Origin: Fidelibacterota bacterium
Lineage (GTDB): Bacteria; Fidelibacterota; Marinisomatia; Marinisomatales; JABMOV01
Direction of reading: 5' to 3'
NCBI GenBank assembly: GCA_013203145.1
Contig: JABMOV010000021.1
Coordinates: 10,059 to 74,058, forward strand
DNA length: 64,000 nt
In this document: piece after piece, positions 19,612 to 29,873 of the stretch
Layout: every line of letters begins with the position of its first letter
How positions within the stretch are numbered: the first letter of the stretch is position 1
Position numbers and translations under genes: made by a program
Notes under the pieces: generated by a model
Database searches by the model: none
What the model saw: only the letters and a program-made list of their open reading frames with translations
What the model was told of the DNA's origin: nothing

Positions 19612-20981
19612 TAGAATGGTGGCGTACCCCCAAAGTCTTCCATATCACTGGAATCTTCGAATCGCGTAAAGCGATCTAAAAAAGTAACGGGAATGATTCC
19701 AGTTGGTCCGTGTCTTTGTTTCGCAATAATGATTTCTGCTTTGTTACGGATATCTTCATCATCTTTATTGTACAACCATGGACGATATAAGAACATGACC
19801 ATGTCCGCATCCTGCTCAATAGCGCCTGATTCACGCAAATCTGACAATAAAGGACGCTTATCTGTACGGCTTTCTACTGCACGTGATAACTGAGATAACG
19901 CGACGATAGGAATATTTAAATCTTTTGCCAATGCCTTTAGTGATCTGGAAATAATTGATATTTCTTGTTGCCGACTTTCTACGCCTTTGGGTCCTTGCAT
20001 TAACTGCAAATAGTCTACAATAAGCAGTGCAATATTATGCTCCGCTTTCAAGCGTCGTGCTTTTGCTCTTAGTTCGAGTACGGTGATCCCTGGCGAATCG
20101 TCCAAATAGATGGGGGCTTCGGCTAGTTTACCAACGTGAAAACTTAATTTGCTCCATTGCTCTTTTGGCAACATTCCTGTTCTAACCAAATGGTTATCCA
20201 CCATTGCTTCTGAACAAAGTAGACGCATGGCCAATTGATTATTCGACATTTCCAGACTAAAAATCCCGACCCCTTCGTTATGATCTACAGCAGCATTTCG
20301 TGCAATAGAAAGGGCTAATGCTGTTTTTCCCATACCAGGACGACCAGCAATAATGACCAAATCAGATGGATGGAATCCTGCCGTTTTCGCATCTAAATCA
20401 CGCAATCCTGACGGCACACCAATAACGGATCCAGCTTTAGCGCTGATGGCATCCATTTGCTCAAATGTCTCAGCAAGAATGGGGTCAATATGCCTAAAGC
20501 CACCTTTAAGTCTATTTTCAGAAATACTAAATATTTGCGATTCAGCATTATCAAGAATATCTTCGACTGATTCAGAATCATCAAAGGCATCCTTGGCAAT
20601 ATCATGAGAAATGGTAATAAGTTTTCGAAGGAGAGCTTTTTCTAAAACAATTTTTGCATATCCTTCAACATTCGCAACGGTGGGGACTGCTTCCATTAAT
20701 CCCGTAATAAAATATGCACCACCAACGGCTTCTAATTCTTTGTTCTTTTTCATTTGATCGATAATAGATATCGTATCAATAGGTATATTTTCATGAAACA
20801 AAGCTGTCATTGTCGAAAAAATCTTGGCATGGGAATCCCGATAAAAATGTTCGCTAACTAAAATCCCAATGACTTTACTTACAGCTTCCTTACTGAATAG
20901 CATTGCACCGAGAACAGCTTGTTCTGCTTCCACGGATTGTGGTTGCGCACTTAATGATCCCATTGTGTCTGTTTGTGCCAA
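19611..20981 (-). CDS. dnaB: Replicative DNA helicase DnaB
   Basis: 456 aa. Walker A GRPGMGKT and the DnaB C-terminal RecA-like domain. Confidence 0.95.
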   Translation of the reverse strand: MAQTDTMGSLSAQPQSVEAEQAVLGAMLFSKEAVSKVIGILVSEHFYRDSHAKIFSTMTALFHENIPIDTISIIDQMKKNKELEAVGGAYFITGLMEAVPTVANVEGYAKIVLEKALLRKLITISHDIAKDAFDDSESVEDILDNAESQIFSISENRLKGGFRHIDPILAETFEQMDAISAKAGSVIGVPSGLRDLDAKTAGFHPSDLVIIAGRPGMGKTALALSIARNAAVDHNEGVGIFSLEMSNNQLAMRLLCSEAMVDNHLVRTGMLPKEQWSKLSFHVGKLAEAPIYLDDSPGITVLELRAKARRLKAEHNIALLIVDYLQLMQGPKGVESRQQEISIISRSLKALAKDLNIPIVALSQLSRAVESRTDKRPLLSDLRESGAIEQDADMVMFLYRPWLYNKDDEDIRNKAEIIIAKQRHGPTGIIPVTFLDRFTRFEDSSDMEDFGGTPPF

Positions 20982-21650
20982 CTAACCTGCTCCTTCAAGA
21001 ATCTTTCGTATCCATTTAAAATCTTCCCACGTTGGAGGTTTAAATGAAGAATTTCGTAATAATGCAGCTGGATGATAAGTAACAATCAGCGGCGTTCCAT
21101 GGTAGTCATGAATGATTTCACGCATTGCCTTCAATGGCTCATCCAGTTTCAATAGTGTTTTTCCTGCCACACGTCCCAGCGCAACAATAAGGACAGGTTT
21201 AATCAATTCAATTTGTCTAATCAAATACGTTTCACACAGTTCAACTTCTGAAGGCAATGGATCACGATTCTCAGGCGGACGACATTTGAGTACGTTACAA
21301 ATATAGACATCATTTTCACGGCTTCTATTAATGGCAGCTAAAATCTTATCTAATAGTTTTCCTGCACGCCCAACAAAAGGAAATCCCTGCTTATCTTCTT
21401 CAGCACCAGGCGCTTCTCCCACCAGCAATAAACTGGCATTTGGGTCACCAACACCAAAAACAAATGACGTGCGACTTTGTCCAAGATTACACTTCAAACA
21501 CGTATTGATTTCCGATTCAAACTCTTTTAGCGATTTAGTACTATCGGTGTTTTGCTTTGGTTCTTCAGGTTTATCGGATTTATACAATGTATCCCCATAT
21601 ACCTCTTGCGTGTATTGTAAATAGTTTCGAATAGGATCAGACTCTATCAC
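20982..21650 (-). CDS. Uracil-DNA glycosylase, family 4
   Basis: 222 aa. CLKCNL...VFGVGDPNASLLLVGEAPGAEEDKQG, the family-4 UDG signature. Confidence 0.88.
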   Translation of the reverse strand: MIESDPIRNYLQYTQEVYGDTLYKSDKPEEPKQNTDSTKSLKEFESEINTCLKCNLGQSRTSFVFGVGDPNASLLLVGEAPGAEEDKQGFPFVGRAGKLLDKILAAINRSRENDVYICNVLKCRPPENRDPLPSEVELCETYLIRQIELIKPVLIVALGRVAGKTLLKLDEPLKAMREIIHDYHGTPLIVTYHPAALLRNSSFKPPTWEDFKWIRKILEGAG

Positions 21651-21653
21651 GAC

Positions 21654-21932
21654 CTATTCTACTTTGGATTTATGCCAGGATATTTCCCCATTCAAAAATT
21701 CATCACTTGCAATAGCAGTTGGCTTTGGTAATTCAACATAATCTGCTGGATCAATTTCTGGTACAGTATCGAATACGCCAAAACTATCTTGATCCGTTTC
21801 ACGCATTGCTTGATCTACAATTCGATCACGCAAGATTTGTCTTGAGCGTGCTGCCATAACAGCTACGGCTTCATACATGTCATCAGTTTGCTCTTCAATA
21901 TCGCGAATATGTAAAGGTTTAATTCCCATCAA
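21654..21932 (-). CDS. rpoZ: DNA-directed RNA polymerase subunit omega
   Basis: 92 aa, YEAVAVMAARSRQI. Located downstream of gmk as usual. Confidence 0.8.
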   Translation of the reverse strand: MMGIKPLHIRDIEEQTDDMYEAVAVMAARSRQILRDRIVDQAMRETDQDSFGVFDTVPEIDPADYVELPKPTAIASDEFLNGEISWHKSKVE

Positions 21933-22494
21933 TAACTCCTTTTGTTTTACTTATAACTATATTTTTTAACGACTTTACGGCGACTTCAAGTTTATCATTT
22001 ATTACTATGTGATCAAACTGTTCTTTATAGCTCATTTCCATTTGAAAACGCTGTAATCGCACTTTAATTCTTTCTTCCGAATCAGCTCCACGGTTCTTTA
22101 AACGATCAATTAGTATTTGTTCATTTGGTGGTTCAACAAATACCAGGGATGTCCGTTCCGGGTATAATTTTTTTATGGATAATCCGCCCTTAACGTCTAA
22201 GTCCAGCAGGATCACTTCTCCGTTTTTTATGGCTTCATCTAAAAATTCTTTTTTTGTCCCATAATAGTATCCATGAACTTCTTCATACTCAACCAATTCA
22301 CCATTTTCTTTTAATCTCTCAAACTCTTGATCGGATATAAAATGATAATCATATCCATCTTTTTCGTAGTGGCGTATAGGTCGTGTTGTACAGGATACTG
22401 AAAAATGTATTTCAGGATTTTGCTTTTGCAATTCACGGCAAATCGTTGTTTTTCCCGTTCCTGAAGGTGCAGCAATTACAACGAGATTTTTCAT
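21919..22494 (-). CDS. gmk: Guanylate kinase
   Basis: 191 aa. P-loop APSGTGKTT and the TTRPIR motif. Confidence 0.93.
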   Translation of the reverse strand: MKNLVVIAAPSGTGKTTICRELQKQNPEIHFSVSCTTRPIRHYEKDGYDYHFISDQEFERLKENGELVEYEEVHGYYYGTKKEFLDEAIKNGEVILLDLDVKGGLSIKKLYPERTSLVFVEPPNEQILIDRLKNRGADSEERIKVRLQRFQMEMSYKEQFDHIVINDKLEVAVKSLKNIVISKTKGVIDGN

Positions 22495-23351
22495 AAAATA
22501 TTTTGAACCTGTTCGCGCATTTTTTCCAATTCATCTTTTACTTGAATTACAATTTTCGACAGGTCTGGATTTGCACTTTTAGATCCCATGGTATTGACTT
22601 CTCTACCCATTTCCTGCAGAATAAAATTAAACCGTTTACCCACTGGCTCATCCAGATCCATGAGCGAGATAAATTGTTCAACGTGACTGCGGGCTCTAAC
22701 AATCTCTTCAGTGATATCAGAGCGCTCAACCAGAAGAGCAATCTCTTGCGCCACGCGCGTTTCGTCAATTTCAACATTTTCCATTAATTCCTTGATGCGT
22801 TCTATATAGCGCACTTTTCGCTCTGAGGAATTATTAGAATTCAATTCTCCGATTTGATCAACAGATTCAGCAAACAAATTCAGGCGTTGACTTATATCAT
22901 CTTTAAGTCGTGCACCCTCACTGGTTCTCATTTCTTCTACCTGTTTGTAGGCAACATCTAGAGCAGCTTTAATACTTTTCGATGAAAATGAAGTATTATC
23001 CGTTTGCGAGATTAAATCATTGGAGGAAGCCAGGTCAGAAATTTCTAAGTGTCTACCATAATCCTTTTGAATGGTCATTAATATCTGATCTATTGCTTCA
23101 AACCGTTCACGATTAAAGGAAATAGCGGCTTTCTGACCAACATTACGGTCTGGCTCGATAGTAACATAGGCAGTGCCACGTACGATATTATTCTGTAAAA
23201 ATTCGCGGATGTCAGCTTCAATCGCAGGATCACTTTCGCATCCACGTACTTTCATGTCTAAAAATCTAGAATTATAGGTCTTAATCGTGACAGCTACACG
23301 ATTGGAATCATTACCGAACGTTCCACGTCCAAATCCAGTCATACTTTTCAT
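22491..23351 (-). CDS. yicC: YicC-family stress-induced protein (putative endoribonuclease)
   Basis: 286 aa, MKSMTGFGRG...EMGREVNTMGSKS. Confidence 0.9.
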   Translation of the reverse strand: MKSMTGFGRGTFGNDSNRVAVTIKTYNSRFLDMKVRGCESDPAIEADIREFLQNNIVRGTAYVTIEPDRNVGQKAAISFNRERFEAIDQILMTIQKDYGRHLEISDLASSNDLISQTDNTSFSSKSIKAALDVAYKQVEEMRTSEGARLKDDISQRLNLFAESVDQIGELNSNNSSERKVRYIERIKELMENVEIDETRVAQEIALLVERSDITEEIVRARSHVEQFISLMDLDEPVGKRFNFILQEMGREVNTMGSKSANPDLSKIVIQVKDELEKMREQVQNIL

Positions 23352-23532
23352 TTTGTTTCCAGGTTAGCGAAGAGTACAGAAATTACTGATTTTCTAAGCA
23401 CTTGACCAATGTCTATTGTAATTATTTTTTATGGATTTAAGGCTTGATCTTTAAAATTTGTATATATCGATTTACAATGTCAGATTACACAACTTGTCGA
23501 ACGAATATCTCTGATCCAATCACACATAAACT

Positions 23533-24327
23533 CTAAGCTCTTTGCAACATGAATTTGGACAGTTTCACAATGACAATTTTGGGCAATAAACGCATGAATT
23601 GTATCTGAATTTTATTGTATAAGCCTGGAACAACAACCCTTTTTCCTGCCATTACAGCGCGATAACCAATGTCTGCTACTGTATCGGCATTCATCACGCC
23701 ATGCTTGAGGATTCTAGTATCACCCATCTCAGCTCTTTTTTGAAATTCTGTCCATGTTGCACCTGGACATAAACACGTCACGGTGACTCCGCTTCCATGT
23801 AATTCTTCCGCAATGGCTTCTGAAAAACTCAACACGTAGGCTTTGGTAGCGCTGTAAACTGCATTCAGAGGTGACGGGGCAAATGAACCGATAGAGGCAA
23901 TATTGAGAATCTTTCCACTCTTTCGCTCCACCATATCGCCCACAAGCAATTTGGTCAATTGAGTCAAGGTAACCAGATTCACCTGAAGCATCTGCAATTC
24001 TTTATTCAACTCCGTTTCATAAAAATGTCCATAAACATCGAAACCAGCATTGTTCACAAGAATATTAATTATTACCGCTTCTTGTTGCAATTCATCAACA
24101 ATCTCTTGTGCAGCTGTTATTACTGATAGATCCTTTGAAATCACCTTTATACTTATACCAAATTTTTCACGCAATTCTTCAGATAATTGGTTTAATGCTT
24201 TTTCATTCCTTGCTACTAAAACCAGATTATGGCCATTCTGTGCAAATAGCTTTGCTAATTCGTAACCAATGCCACTGGAAGCTCCAGTAATAAGAGCAGT
24301 TGTCTTAGTTTGGACAAATTCTGTCAT
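23533..24327 (-). CDS. Short-chain dehydrogenase/reductase
   Basis: 264 aa, TGASSGIG...NNAG...YSATK. Confidence 0.88.
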   Translation of the reverse strand: MTEFVQTKTTALITGASSGIGYELAKLFAQNGHNLVLVARNEKALNQLSEELREKFGISIKVISKDLSVITAAQEIVDELQQEAVIINILVNNAGFDVYGHFYETELNKELQMLQVNLVTLTQLTKLLVGDMVERKSGKILNIASIGSFAPSPLNAVYSATKAYVLSFSEAIAEELHGSGVTVTCLCPGATWTEFQKRAEMGDTRILKHGVMNADTVADIGYRAVMAGKRVVVPGLYNKIQIQFMRLLPKIVIVKLSKFMLQRA

Positions 24328-24330
24328 GAG

Positions 24331-24768
24331 TTATTCTCCAATATCTTCATTCCATAGTTCTGGACATTTTTCAATAAACGATTCCATGAGCTCACGACAT
24401 TCTGGGTCATCAACAAGTACCAATTCCACTCCCCGTGATTTCACATAATCCTCTGGTCCGCGAAAGGTACGGTTCTCTCCTATGACCACCTTTGGAATTC
24501 CATAGAGCAACACGCTGCCGCTACACATATCACAGGGCGACAACGTGGAGTACAAGGTAGCACGTCGATAATCCGATGCTTTTATGCGTCCCGCATTTTC
24601 CAAACAATCCATTTCGGCATGCAAAATGGCACTTCCATTTTGTACACGTCGATTGTGACCGCGCCCAACGATCTGACCATCGATAACCAGAACCGATCCA
24701 ATGGGAATACCACCCTCTGCCAGACCCTTTTTTGCTTCATCAATTGCTGCTTCTAAAAATTTATCCAT
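24331..24768 (-). CDS. Fcy1-type cytosine deaminase (CMP/dCMP-type zinc deaminase fold)
   Basis: 145 aa. HAEMDCLEN...LSPCDMCSGSVLLYGIPKVVIGEN and the C-terminus FIEKCPELWNEDIGE closely recall yeast Fcy1 (...FIDERPQDWFEDIGE; recalled from memory). Confidence 0.8.
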   Translation of the reverse strand: MDKFLEAAIDEAKKGLAEGGIPIGSVLVIDGQIVGRGHNRRVQNGSAILHAEMDCLENAGRIKASDYRRATLYSTLSPCDMCSGSVLLYGIPKVVIGENRTFRGPEDYVKSRGVELVLVDDPECRELMESFIEKCPELWNEDIGE

Positions 24769-24788
24769 GTTTTCTCCTTATTATAAAA

Positions 24789-25364
24789 TTACGTCTCCAA
24801 AGATTCAAAGTAGTCACGCTTGAAATACAGATATAGCAGGAATCCCCACCAACATAGTAGTGTGAGTCCAACCGTTAGATTCATGACCTGCGTAATCATA
24901 TTCTGCCCATCGGAGCCTAAAATTGCTCCGTATTTGCCTAGCATGCTCGTTATTTCGGCATTTCTAGCCTGGCTATTTAGGATGTAAAGTAATCTGTCTA
25001 ATGTATAGAAAATGGTTCCACCAAACATCATCTGAAAACCCCAGACTTTCTTGCTCCACATCCCAAATCCCATTCCAAAAAATAATCCAACGAACAGTAA
25101 ATGGTACATAACCGCAATCACGCCACCGCGGACATCCCCGAAGAGTGGAACGGCGGAAGTTATAGACATCATTTCAACCATTGCAGAAATCAGAAAGAAC
25201 ACACCCGCTGTTCGGATAGTGAACTGTGGTCCCATGAACTTGGATGCCTTGGTAGTTGACTTGGTTGCCGGATGATTCCACTTACCATTGCTTTTCACTG
25301 CGGAACAAAAACGACATACAACAGCATCATCCTGGATATCTTCAGCACAGTAGGGACATTTCAT
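24789..25364 (-). CDS. Zinc-ribbon domain membrane protein
   Basis: 191 aa. MKCPYCAEDIQDDAVVCRFCSA followed by 4-5 TM helices. Confidence 0.7.
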   Translation of the reverse strand: MKCPYCAEDIQDDAVVCRFCSAVKSNGKWNHPATKSTTKASKFMGPQFTIRTAGVFFLISAMVEMMSITSAVPLFGDVRGGVIAVMYHLLFVGLFFGMGFGMWSKKVWGFQMMFGGTIFYTLDRLLYILNSQARNAEITSMLGKYGAILGSDGQNMITQVMNLTVGLTLLCWWGFLLYLYFKRDYFESLET

Positions 25365-25433
25365 GGATTATACCTCATGGGTTCGTTTCAATATTACACA
25401 TTATGTAGCACTTTTCTTATTTTACACATATTG

Positions 25434-25479
25434 AACGAACACTGTGCACTTACATCATCCATGGTGGCGAGTGTTAGGC
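25434..25479 (-). other. attC-like imperfect hairpin (weak)
   Basis: Minus strand reads GCCTAAC-ACTCGCCAC-CATGGATGATGTAA-GTGCACAGT-GTTCGTT. GCCTAAC is a perfect RYYYAAC. The first 16 nt match the attC-like site at 30442 at 12/16 positions. At 46 nt it is shorter than typical attC sites. Confidence 0.25.
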
Positions 25480-25522
25480 AACAAATAAATGATTGTTCTT
25501 GAATTGTGTGTAAAATTATTTA

Positions 25523-26731
25523 TCAAAACAACGTATGTATTATTGTACCGTTATGAATTACAATCTGAATGTTGACCAGAGCTTCTATATCATCCAGAGG
25601 ATCGGCTTCAACTACAATTATATCTGCGAGTTTTCCAATTTCGAGTGTTCCCAATTTGTCTTCAATATTACAGACATGAGCTGCGTTCTTAGTCCCTGCA
25701 ATAATAATTTGCATAGGAGACATTCCAGCATCTTCCATCATTTGGATCTCGCGAATTGGCATTCCTGAATCAAATTCGGTAGTATAGCCACCAAAATCAG
25801 TACCGATTGCTACTTTACCTCCTGCATTGACAAAACGACCCAAATTATTCATCGCAATATTATCCCAATTGAGGGAATACATTTCACTCACACCTTTCCA
25901 TAATTCCAAAGTCGGTTCCCAATACATATCGTGTTCAATCATCTGAGTTATCAGACTGTCAGGTAATACATCTATAACCATATGAGCAACATCGTCTACA
26001 CCTGCTTCGATCGCCATTTCAAGATGTTCAGACCGACTAATGTGGGCTGAAACGGGCACTCCATTTTCGTGAGCAGTGTTAACAATGACAATAATTTCGT
26101 CCATAGATAGCATGGGCCATGTCCTGCCCTGCAAATTATCTTCGATTGCAATTTTTATTATATCAGCGCCGGAATCAATCAGTGTTTGAACTTTAATGCG
26201 TGCATCCTCTGGTGAAGTGACTTCAAAACTACCATAACCTCCGACAGTTGTAACAAGGGGACCGCTTGCGACTAAGTGCGCGTTTGTTAAATCCGTGTTC
26301 AAATCATTTCGGGCTGTAAACACTTGTTCAAGAGAATTATTTCCCAAATAACCTAAATCACGAACTGTAGTAACACCTGCCTTTGCCCATGTTTTTAAAT
26401 TGTTATCACTAAAATTGCTATGAACGTGGGTATTAAAAAAACCTGGTAACATCACTTTTCCGCTGATATCGATAATATTCGCGCCGTCAGGTACCTCTAT
26501 ATCAGAGCTTTGACCGATTTCTTCAATATATTCATCTCGAATAATTATAGTAGCATTAAAAATTGGCTCTAAACCGGAACCGTCAATCAAGGTTCCATTA
26601 ATCAATGCTAAAACTTCATTATTTTTTTCAGAGTTATCCTCGGGATTAGAGCACCCGATTAAAAATATAGAAACAATGATATTCAATAGGAGAATAATTA
26701 ATATTTTTGATCCAATATTCTTCTTCATCAA
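25523..26731 (-). CDS. Metal-dependent amidohydrolase, probable lipoprotein
   Basis: 402 aa. Lipobox-like LIGCS, FFNTHVH metal motif, amidohydrolase fold signatures. Confidence 0.85.
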   Translation of the reverse strand: MMKKNIGSKILIILLLNIIVSIFLIGCSNPEDNSEKNNEVLALINGTLIDGSGLEPIFNATIIIRDEYIEEIGQSSDIEVPDGANIIDISGKVMLPGFFNTHVHSNFSDNNLKTWAKAGVTTVRDLGYLGNNSLEQVFTARNDLNTDLTNAHLVASGPLVTTVGGYGSFEVTSPEDARIKVQTLIDSGADIIKIAIEDNLQGRTWPMLSMDEIIVIVNTAHENGVPVSAHISRSEHLEMAIEAGVDDVAHMVIDVLPDSLITQMIEHDMYWEPTLELWKGVSEMYSLNWDNIAMNNLGRFVNAGGKVAIGTDFGGYTTEFDSGMPIREIQMMEDAGMSPMQIIIAGTKNAAHVCNIEDKLGTLEIGKLADIIVVEADPLDDIEALVNIQIVIHNGTIIHTLF

Positions 26732-26756
26732 TATTCCATAACAATACTCAGGTGGA

Positions 26757-27383
26757 TTAATATATCCAAGGAATATACCGCTTAACTTTTTTCATATAAT
26801 TGAAATAAGCCTGCCTATGATTTTCCAACATGTATTCTTCTTCTAACCGAACCTGAAACTCCAGTAACAAGAGAAAAACAAGTATCCATATTAGAATCAT
26901 CATAGTGGGAAATAAAACGAATAGCCCGCAACAAACCAAAAACAGACCAAGATAGGTTGGGTTTCTACTGTAAGAAAAAATACCTGACTCAATAAGGTGT
27001 GTTATGTTGTCTCTATCAATGCCAACACGCCAGGCATTCCCCATTGTTTTTTGTGCGACGTAGCAAATAAATAAACCAAAAAAAGAAATGGATATCCCAA
27101 TTGTGGCTGCCATCGAATCCGACAATTTAAATAAATTGTAAAAGCCGGGAATATCACTAATTCCGTAAGTATGTAATACCAGAATTATAATGATGCTCAA
27201 CGTCATGATCCTCAACATTGAAGCAAAAAACATTTGAGATGGTTTTTTATCTTTATATATCACTTCTGGATCAATACCAGACTGTTGAATTTGAGCTCTC
27301 CTTTTTATTGCCCACAAAACAACATATAGTAAAAAAATGATTGCAGCGGAAAATCCTCTTAGAATTTCAGGTTCGTATTTCAT
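26757..27383 (-). CDS. Isoprenylcysteine carboxyl methyltransferase (ICMT/PEMT) family membrane protein
   Basis: 208 aa, multi-TM, GIFSYSRNPTYLGLFL motif. Confidence 0.8.
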   Translation of the reverse strand: MKYEPEILRGFSAAIIFLLYVVLWAIKRRAQIQQSGIDPEVIYKDKKPSQMFFASMLRIMTLSIIIILVLHTYGISDIPGFYNLFKLSDSMAATIGISISFFGLFICYVAQKTMGNAWRVGIDRDNITHLIESGIFSYSRNPTYLGLFLVCCGLFVLFPTMMILIWILVFLLLLEFQVRLEEEYMLENHRQAYFNYMKKVKRYIPWIY

Positions 27384-27718
27384 TTTTTCTTTTTGGGAGG
27401 CAACGATTCAATAAATCCCAAACTTATTCCAACCCATTCTGCCAGATCATTATCCGACTCAAATCCCTCGGGCGCAACATAAACCAATCCCTTCATTGCT
27501 TTGCCCGTAAAATCCATTTCGCTTGCGTGTTCCTTGGTAAGACACTTTTCATAATTATTTGGTCCAACTCGCAACATGAGGTCATCTTTTACAATACCAC
27601 AGCACATATGGTTGGAGACCATAAAGCAAAGCCCACCAAACATTTTCTTTTCTTCAACATCTGGATGATCTTGAAATTGCTCACGAAGCCTTTCGGCTAA
27701 ACCTTCATCATATGCCAT
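27380..27718 (-). CDS. TfoX N-terminal domain protein
   Basis: 112 aa, MAYDEGLAERLRE...KKMFGGLCFMV...; ATGA overlap with the downstream gene. Confidence 0.75.
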   Translation of the reverse strand: MAYDEGLAERLREQFQDHPDVEEKKMFGGLCFMVSNHMCCGIVKDDLMLRVGPNNYEKCLTKEHASEMDFTGKAMKGLVYVAPEGFESDNDLAEWVGISLGFIESLPPKKKK

Positions 27719-27758
27719 AATTCTCCACTTTTAACATTACATATTTAGGCAGTGTCAA

Positions 27759-28592
27759 TTATGATTTCGCAAGTACATCAATCAGTTCAGCACAACCACC
27801 ATTTTGTATATACTCCGAATGTTCATCTATTGTCGTAAAACGCTTTCCACATATTTTATGACATTCCATCTCATAGTCTGTCGCCTCTAAAAATGTATTT
27901 AGTATATTTTCTGAGACAGGATCGGACATGGTAGGTTTCCAGTTCTCTTCTTTAACCAATTCTAGTACGGTCTTCCACAGTGCTGCACTCAGTGCACCAC
28001 AACCATTGCCACTCAGACCAAGTCCGCCTGCAAATCCGGCAACCATTACCATTTCTTCATCACTCCCACCCATTTTTTTAACGACTTCTGAAGCGCAACT
28101 TTTCGGGTTTTGAGCTAACTCTGGTTGTTCCTGAGACAATGCTTCATTTGCTGCTTCGATTGCTTCTGGCGCCCATTTATCTGCAAGGGTAAAACAGGAT
28201 AAGAATTTCCCTGTTATAAAATATTTTGCCATACTTAATTTGCTTGACCAATCACAACGTGTGATGTCTTCGCATTCGATGCTATTGGTCCTGCTAACAA
28301 AAGATTTCATGATGTGTTGTGTTGCGGTTATAGCAACAGCGATTGCTTTACCCTGATCATCGTGCCTGCGAAAGGATTCCGCTCCTACAGCCATCGAAGA
28401 CCCCCAAAGCATTCCGCACTGGTATCCCTGTCGCGCAATGCCTCCTGCTAATGGGTCTATGGCCTGCTCTTCCATTTCTTTCGGAGAACCAAATTCGCGG
28501 TTTAGAATATAAAAGAATGTCCGAGAACAGGTACCTTTTTTTAGAAATACCCATTTCGCATCTTGTTTGGCTTTTGTTTCATTCGTTTTCAT
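27759..28592 (-). CDS. C_GCAxxG_C_C family redox-active protein
   Basis: 277 aa. GYQCGMLWG and GNGCGALSAALW motifs. Confidence 0.65.
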   Translation of the reverse strand: MKTNETKAKQDAKWVFLKKGTCSRTFFYILNREFGSPKEMEEQAIDPLAGGIARQGYQCGMLWGSSMAVGAESFRRHDDQGKAIAVAITATQHIMKSFVSRTNSIECEDITRCDWSSKLSMAKYFITGKFLSCFTLADKWAPEAIEAANEALSQEQPELAQNPKSCASEVVKKMGGSDEEMVMVAGFAGGLGLSGNGCGALSAALWKTVLELVKEENWKPTMSDPVSENILNTFLEATDYEMECHKICGKRFTTIDEHSEYIQNGGCAELIDVLAKS

Positions 28593-28697
28593 ACCATGCC
28601 TTTTGATTGGTTAGGTTTATTTTATTGGCTCCACAGTTATTGCACGACAGTACGGTGACTAATTTAATTTATTTCAATCTTATAACGAACTTTCTCT

Positions 28698-29324
28698 TTA
28701 GGCCTGTTTTTTTGCCACAACATAATAACTATGTGCATCCTTTGGTGGAATTTCTGATTCTATTATTGTAAAATTATTGTCCGTAATGAGGTTGCCCATT
28801 TCAGCGACTTTAAAAAACGTAATCTCTGGCAATATTCCAATCTTACTTAAGGGATGGATGAAAATATTGAGCCATTTCATTTTTTCTCCCATGCAAGGCG
28901 TTGTGGAGATAAACAACGCTCCCGGTTTTAATAAGTCATTTATCCTTTTCAAAACCTTGTGTGTATCCACCAATAAATGTAGAATATTGAAAGCCAGGAT
29001 AACATCAAAAGATCCATTTTCATATTTCTTATCAAAGATTGATGATTGTCTGAAATGTACATTTTCAATTTTCTGCTCACCCGCTTTTCTCTTTGCGATA
29101 TCGATCATTTTTGAGGATATATCAATGGCATGAGTCTCTTTGACCGCATTAGCAATTTCAAGTGTTTTAGTTCCTGTAGCGCATCCATAGTCCAAAATAA
29201 TATCACAAGGTCGGAGATGTGTTCTCGCCTTTTCAACAGCAGTATTGAGTTTCGGTTTTTTACTTTTGGTAGGCTTATCAAATGTCTTTGACATCCGATC
29301 CCAAAATTTTTCTGATTTATTCAT
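28698..29324 (-). CDS. Class I SAM-dependent methyltransferase
   Basis: 208 aa. ILDYGCATG (motif I) and VILAFNILHL. Confidence 0.85.
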   Translation of the reverse strand: MNKSEKFWDRMSKTFDKPTKSKKPKLNTAVEKARTHLRPCDIILDYGCATGTKTLEIANAVKETHAIDISSKMIDIAKRKAGEQKIENVHFRQSSIFDKKYENGSFDVILAFNILHLLVDTHKVLKRINDLLKPGALFISTTPCMGEKMKWLNIFIHPLSKIGILPEITFFKVAEMGNLITDNNFTIIESEIPPKDAHSYYVVAKKQA

Positions 29325-29402
29325 ATAACGTTCTATTGAATTTACATCACAGTTAAACCAGATCGACGATCACAATTAGGGATAAGTTTACAAAGATTGA
29401 TC

Positions 29403-29873
29403 TCAGAATGGATTATGATCCAAATTCCAAATCACATATTTCAATTTGTAGCTTGATCCGGAAGGCTCCCAAATTTGGAAATAAGATCCATAATATCCAT
29501 CTGGCTTTTTATCAGTCTTAGAACTTACGATCATGCCAAATGAGCCATAATCATAGATCAATCCGTTTGACTCCCATCGTTTTTCTGGAGTTCCATTGAT
29601 AGAATGATATTTTAAACCAATTTTATTTTCTGTCTTGTAAGGGGCCTTAAGTTCTTTTTTCCCGCGGATGGGTTCCTGGAAATCAGCCATTATTAAAACA
29701 TCATCTGTATAAAATCTGAGCATTTCATCATAATCCTCTGATAACCCAGTCTGTTCCATTGCCTGGCCAATTTTATCCAACTTATCTGAAGTTTCTTTTG
29801 ATAAGTTGCCTTCTAATTCTGAGGCAAGCAAAACCGATGTTACAGCAATTATAATAAATAGAGTTTTCATCAT
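29403..29873 (-). CDS. Exported NTF2-like (DUF4440/SnoaL-like) protein
   Basis: 156 aa. Signal peptide and a YTDDVLIMADFQEPIRGKKEL pattern. The family call is from memory. Confidence 0.5.
   Translation of the reverse strand: MMKTLFIIIAVTSVLLASELEGNLSKETSDKLDKIGQAMEQTGLSEDYDEMLRFYTDDVLIMADFQEPIRGKKELKAPYKTENKIGLKYHSINGTPEKRWESNGLIYDYGSFGMIVSSKTDKKPDGYYGSYFQIWEPSGSSYKLKYVIWNLDHNPF

Noticed and set aside
23352-23532. Bacteroidetes-type promoter (TTG / TAnnTTTG) or sigma-70 boxes upstream of yicC and in other gaps.
   Set aside because: I found only partial matches, such as TAAAATTTG on the wrong strand. I could not place -33/-7 or -35/-10 pairs at convincing spacing, so no promoter features are reported.
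27380-27718. The TfoX-like gene as evidence for a natural-competence regulon.
   Set aside because: Only the N-terminal TfoX domain (112 aa) is present. Such stand-alone proteins are widespread with unknown roles, and there are no com or pil genes nearby.
29325-29402. A possible attC between the methyltransferase and the NTF2-like gene (minus strand GTTTAAC ... GTTATAT).
   Set aside because: The two core-like heptamers are only 22 nt apart and the intervening sequence has no palindromic arms. It is most likely chance in AT-rich DNA.
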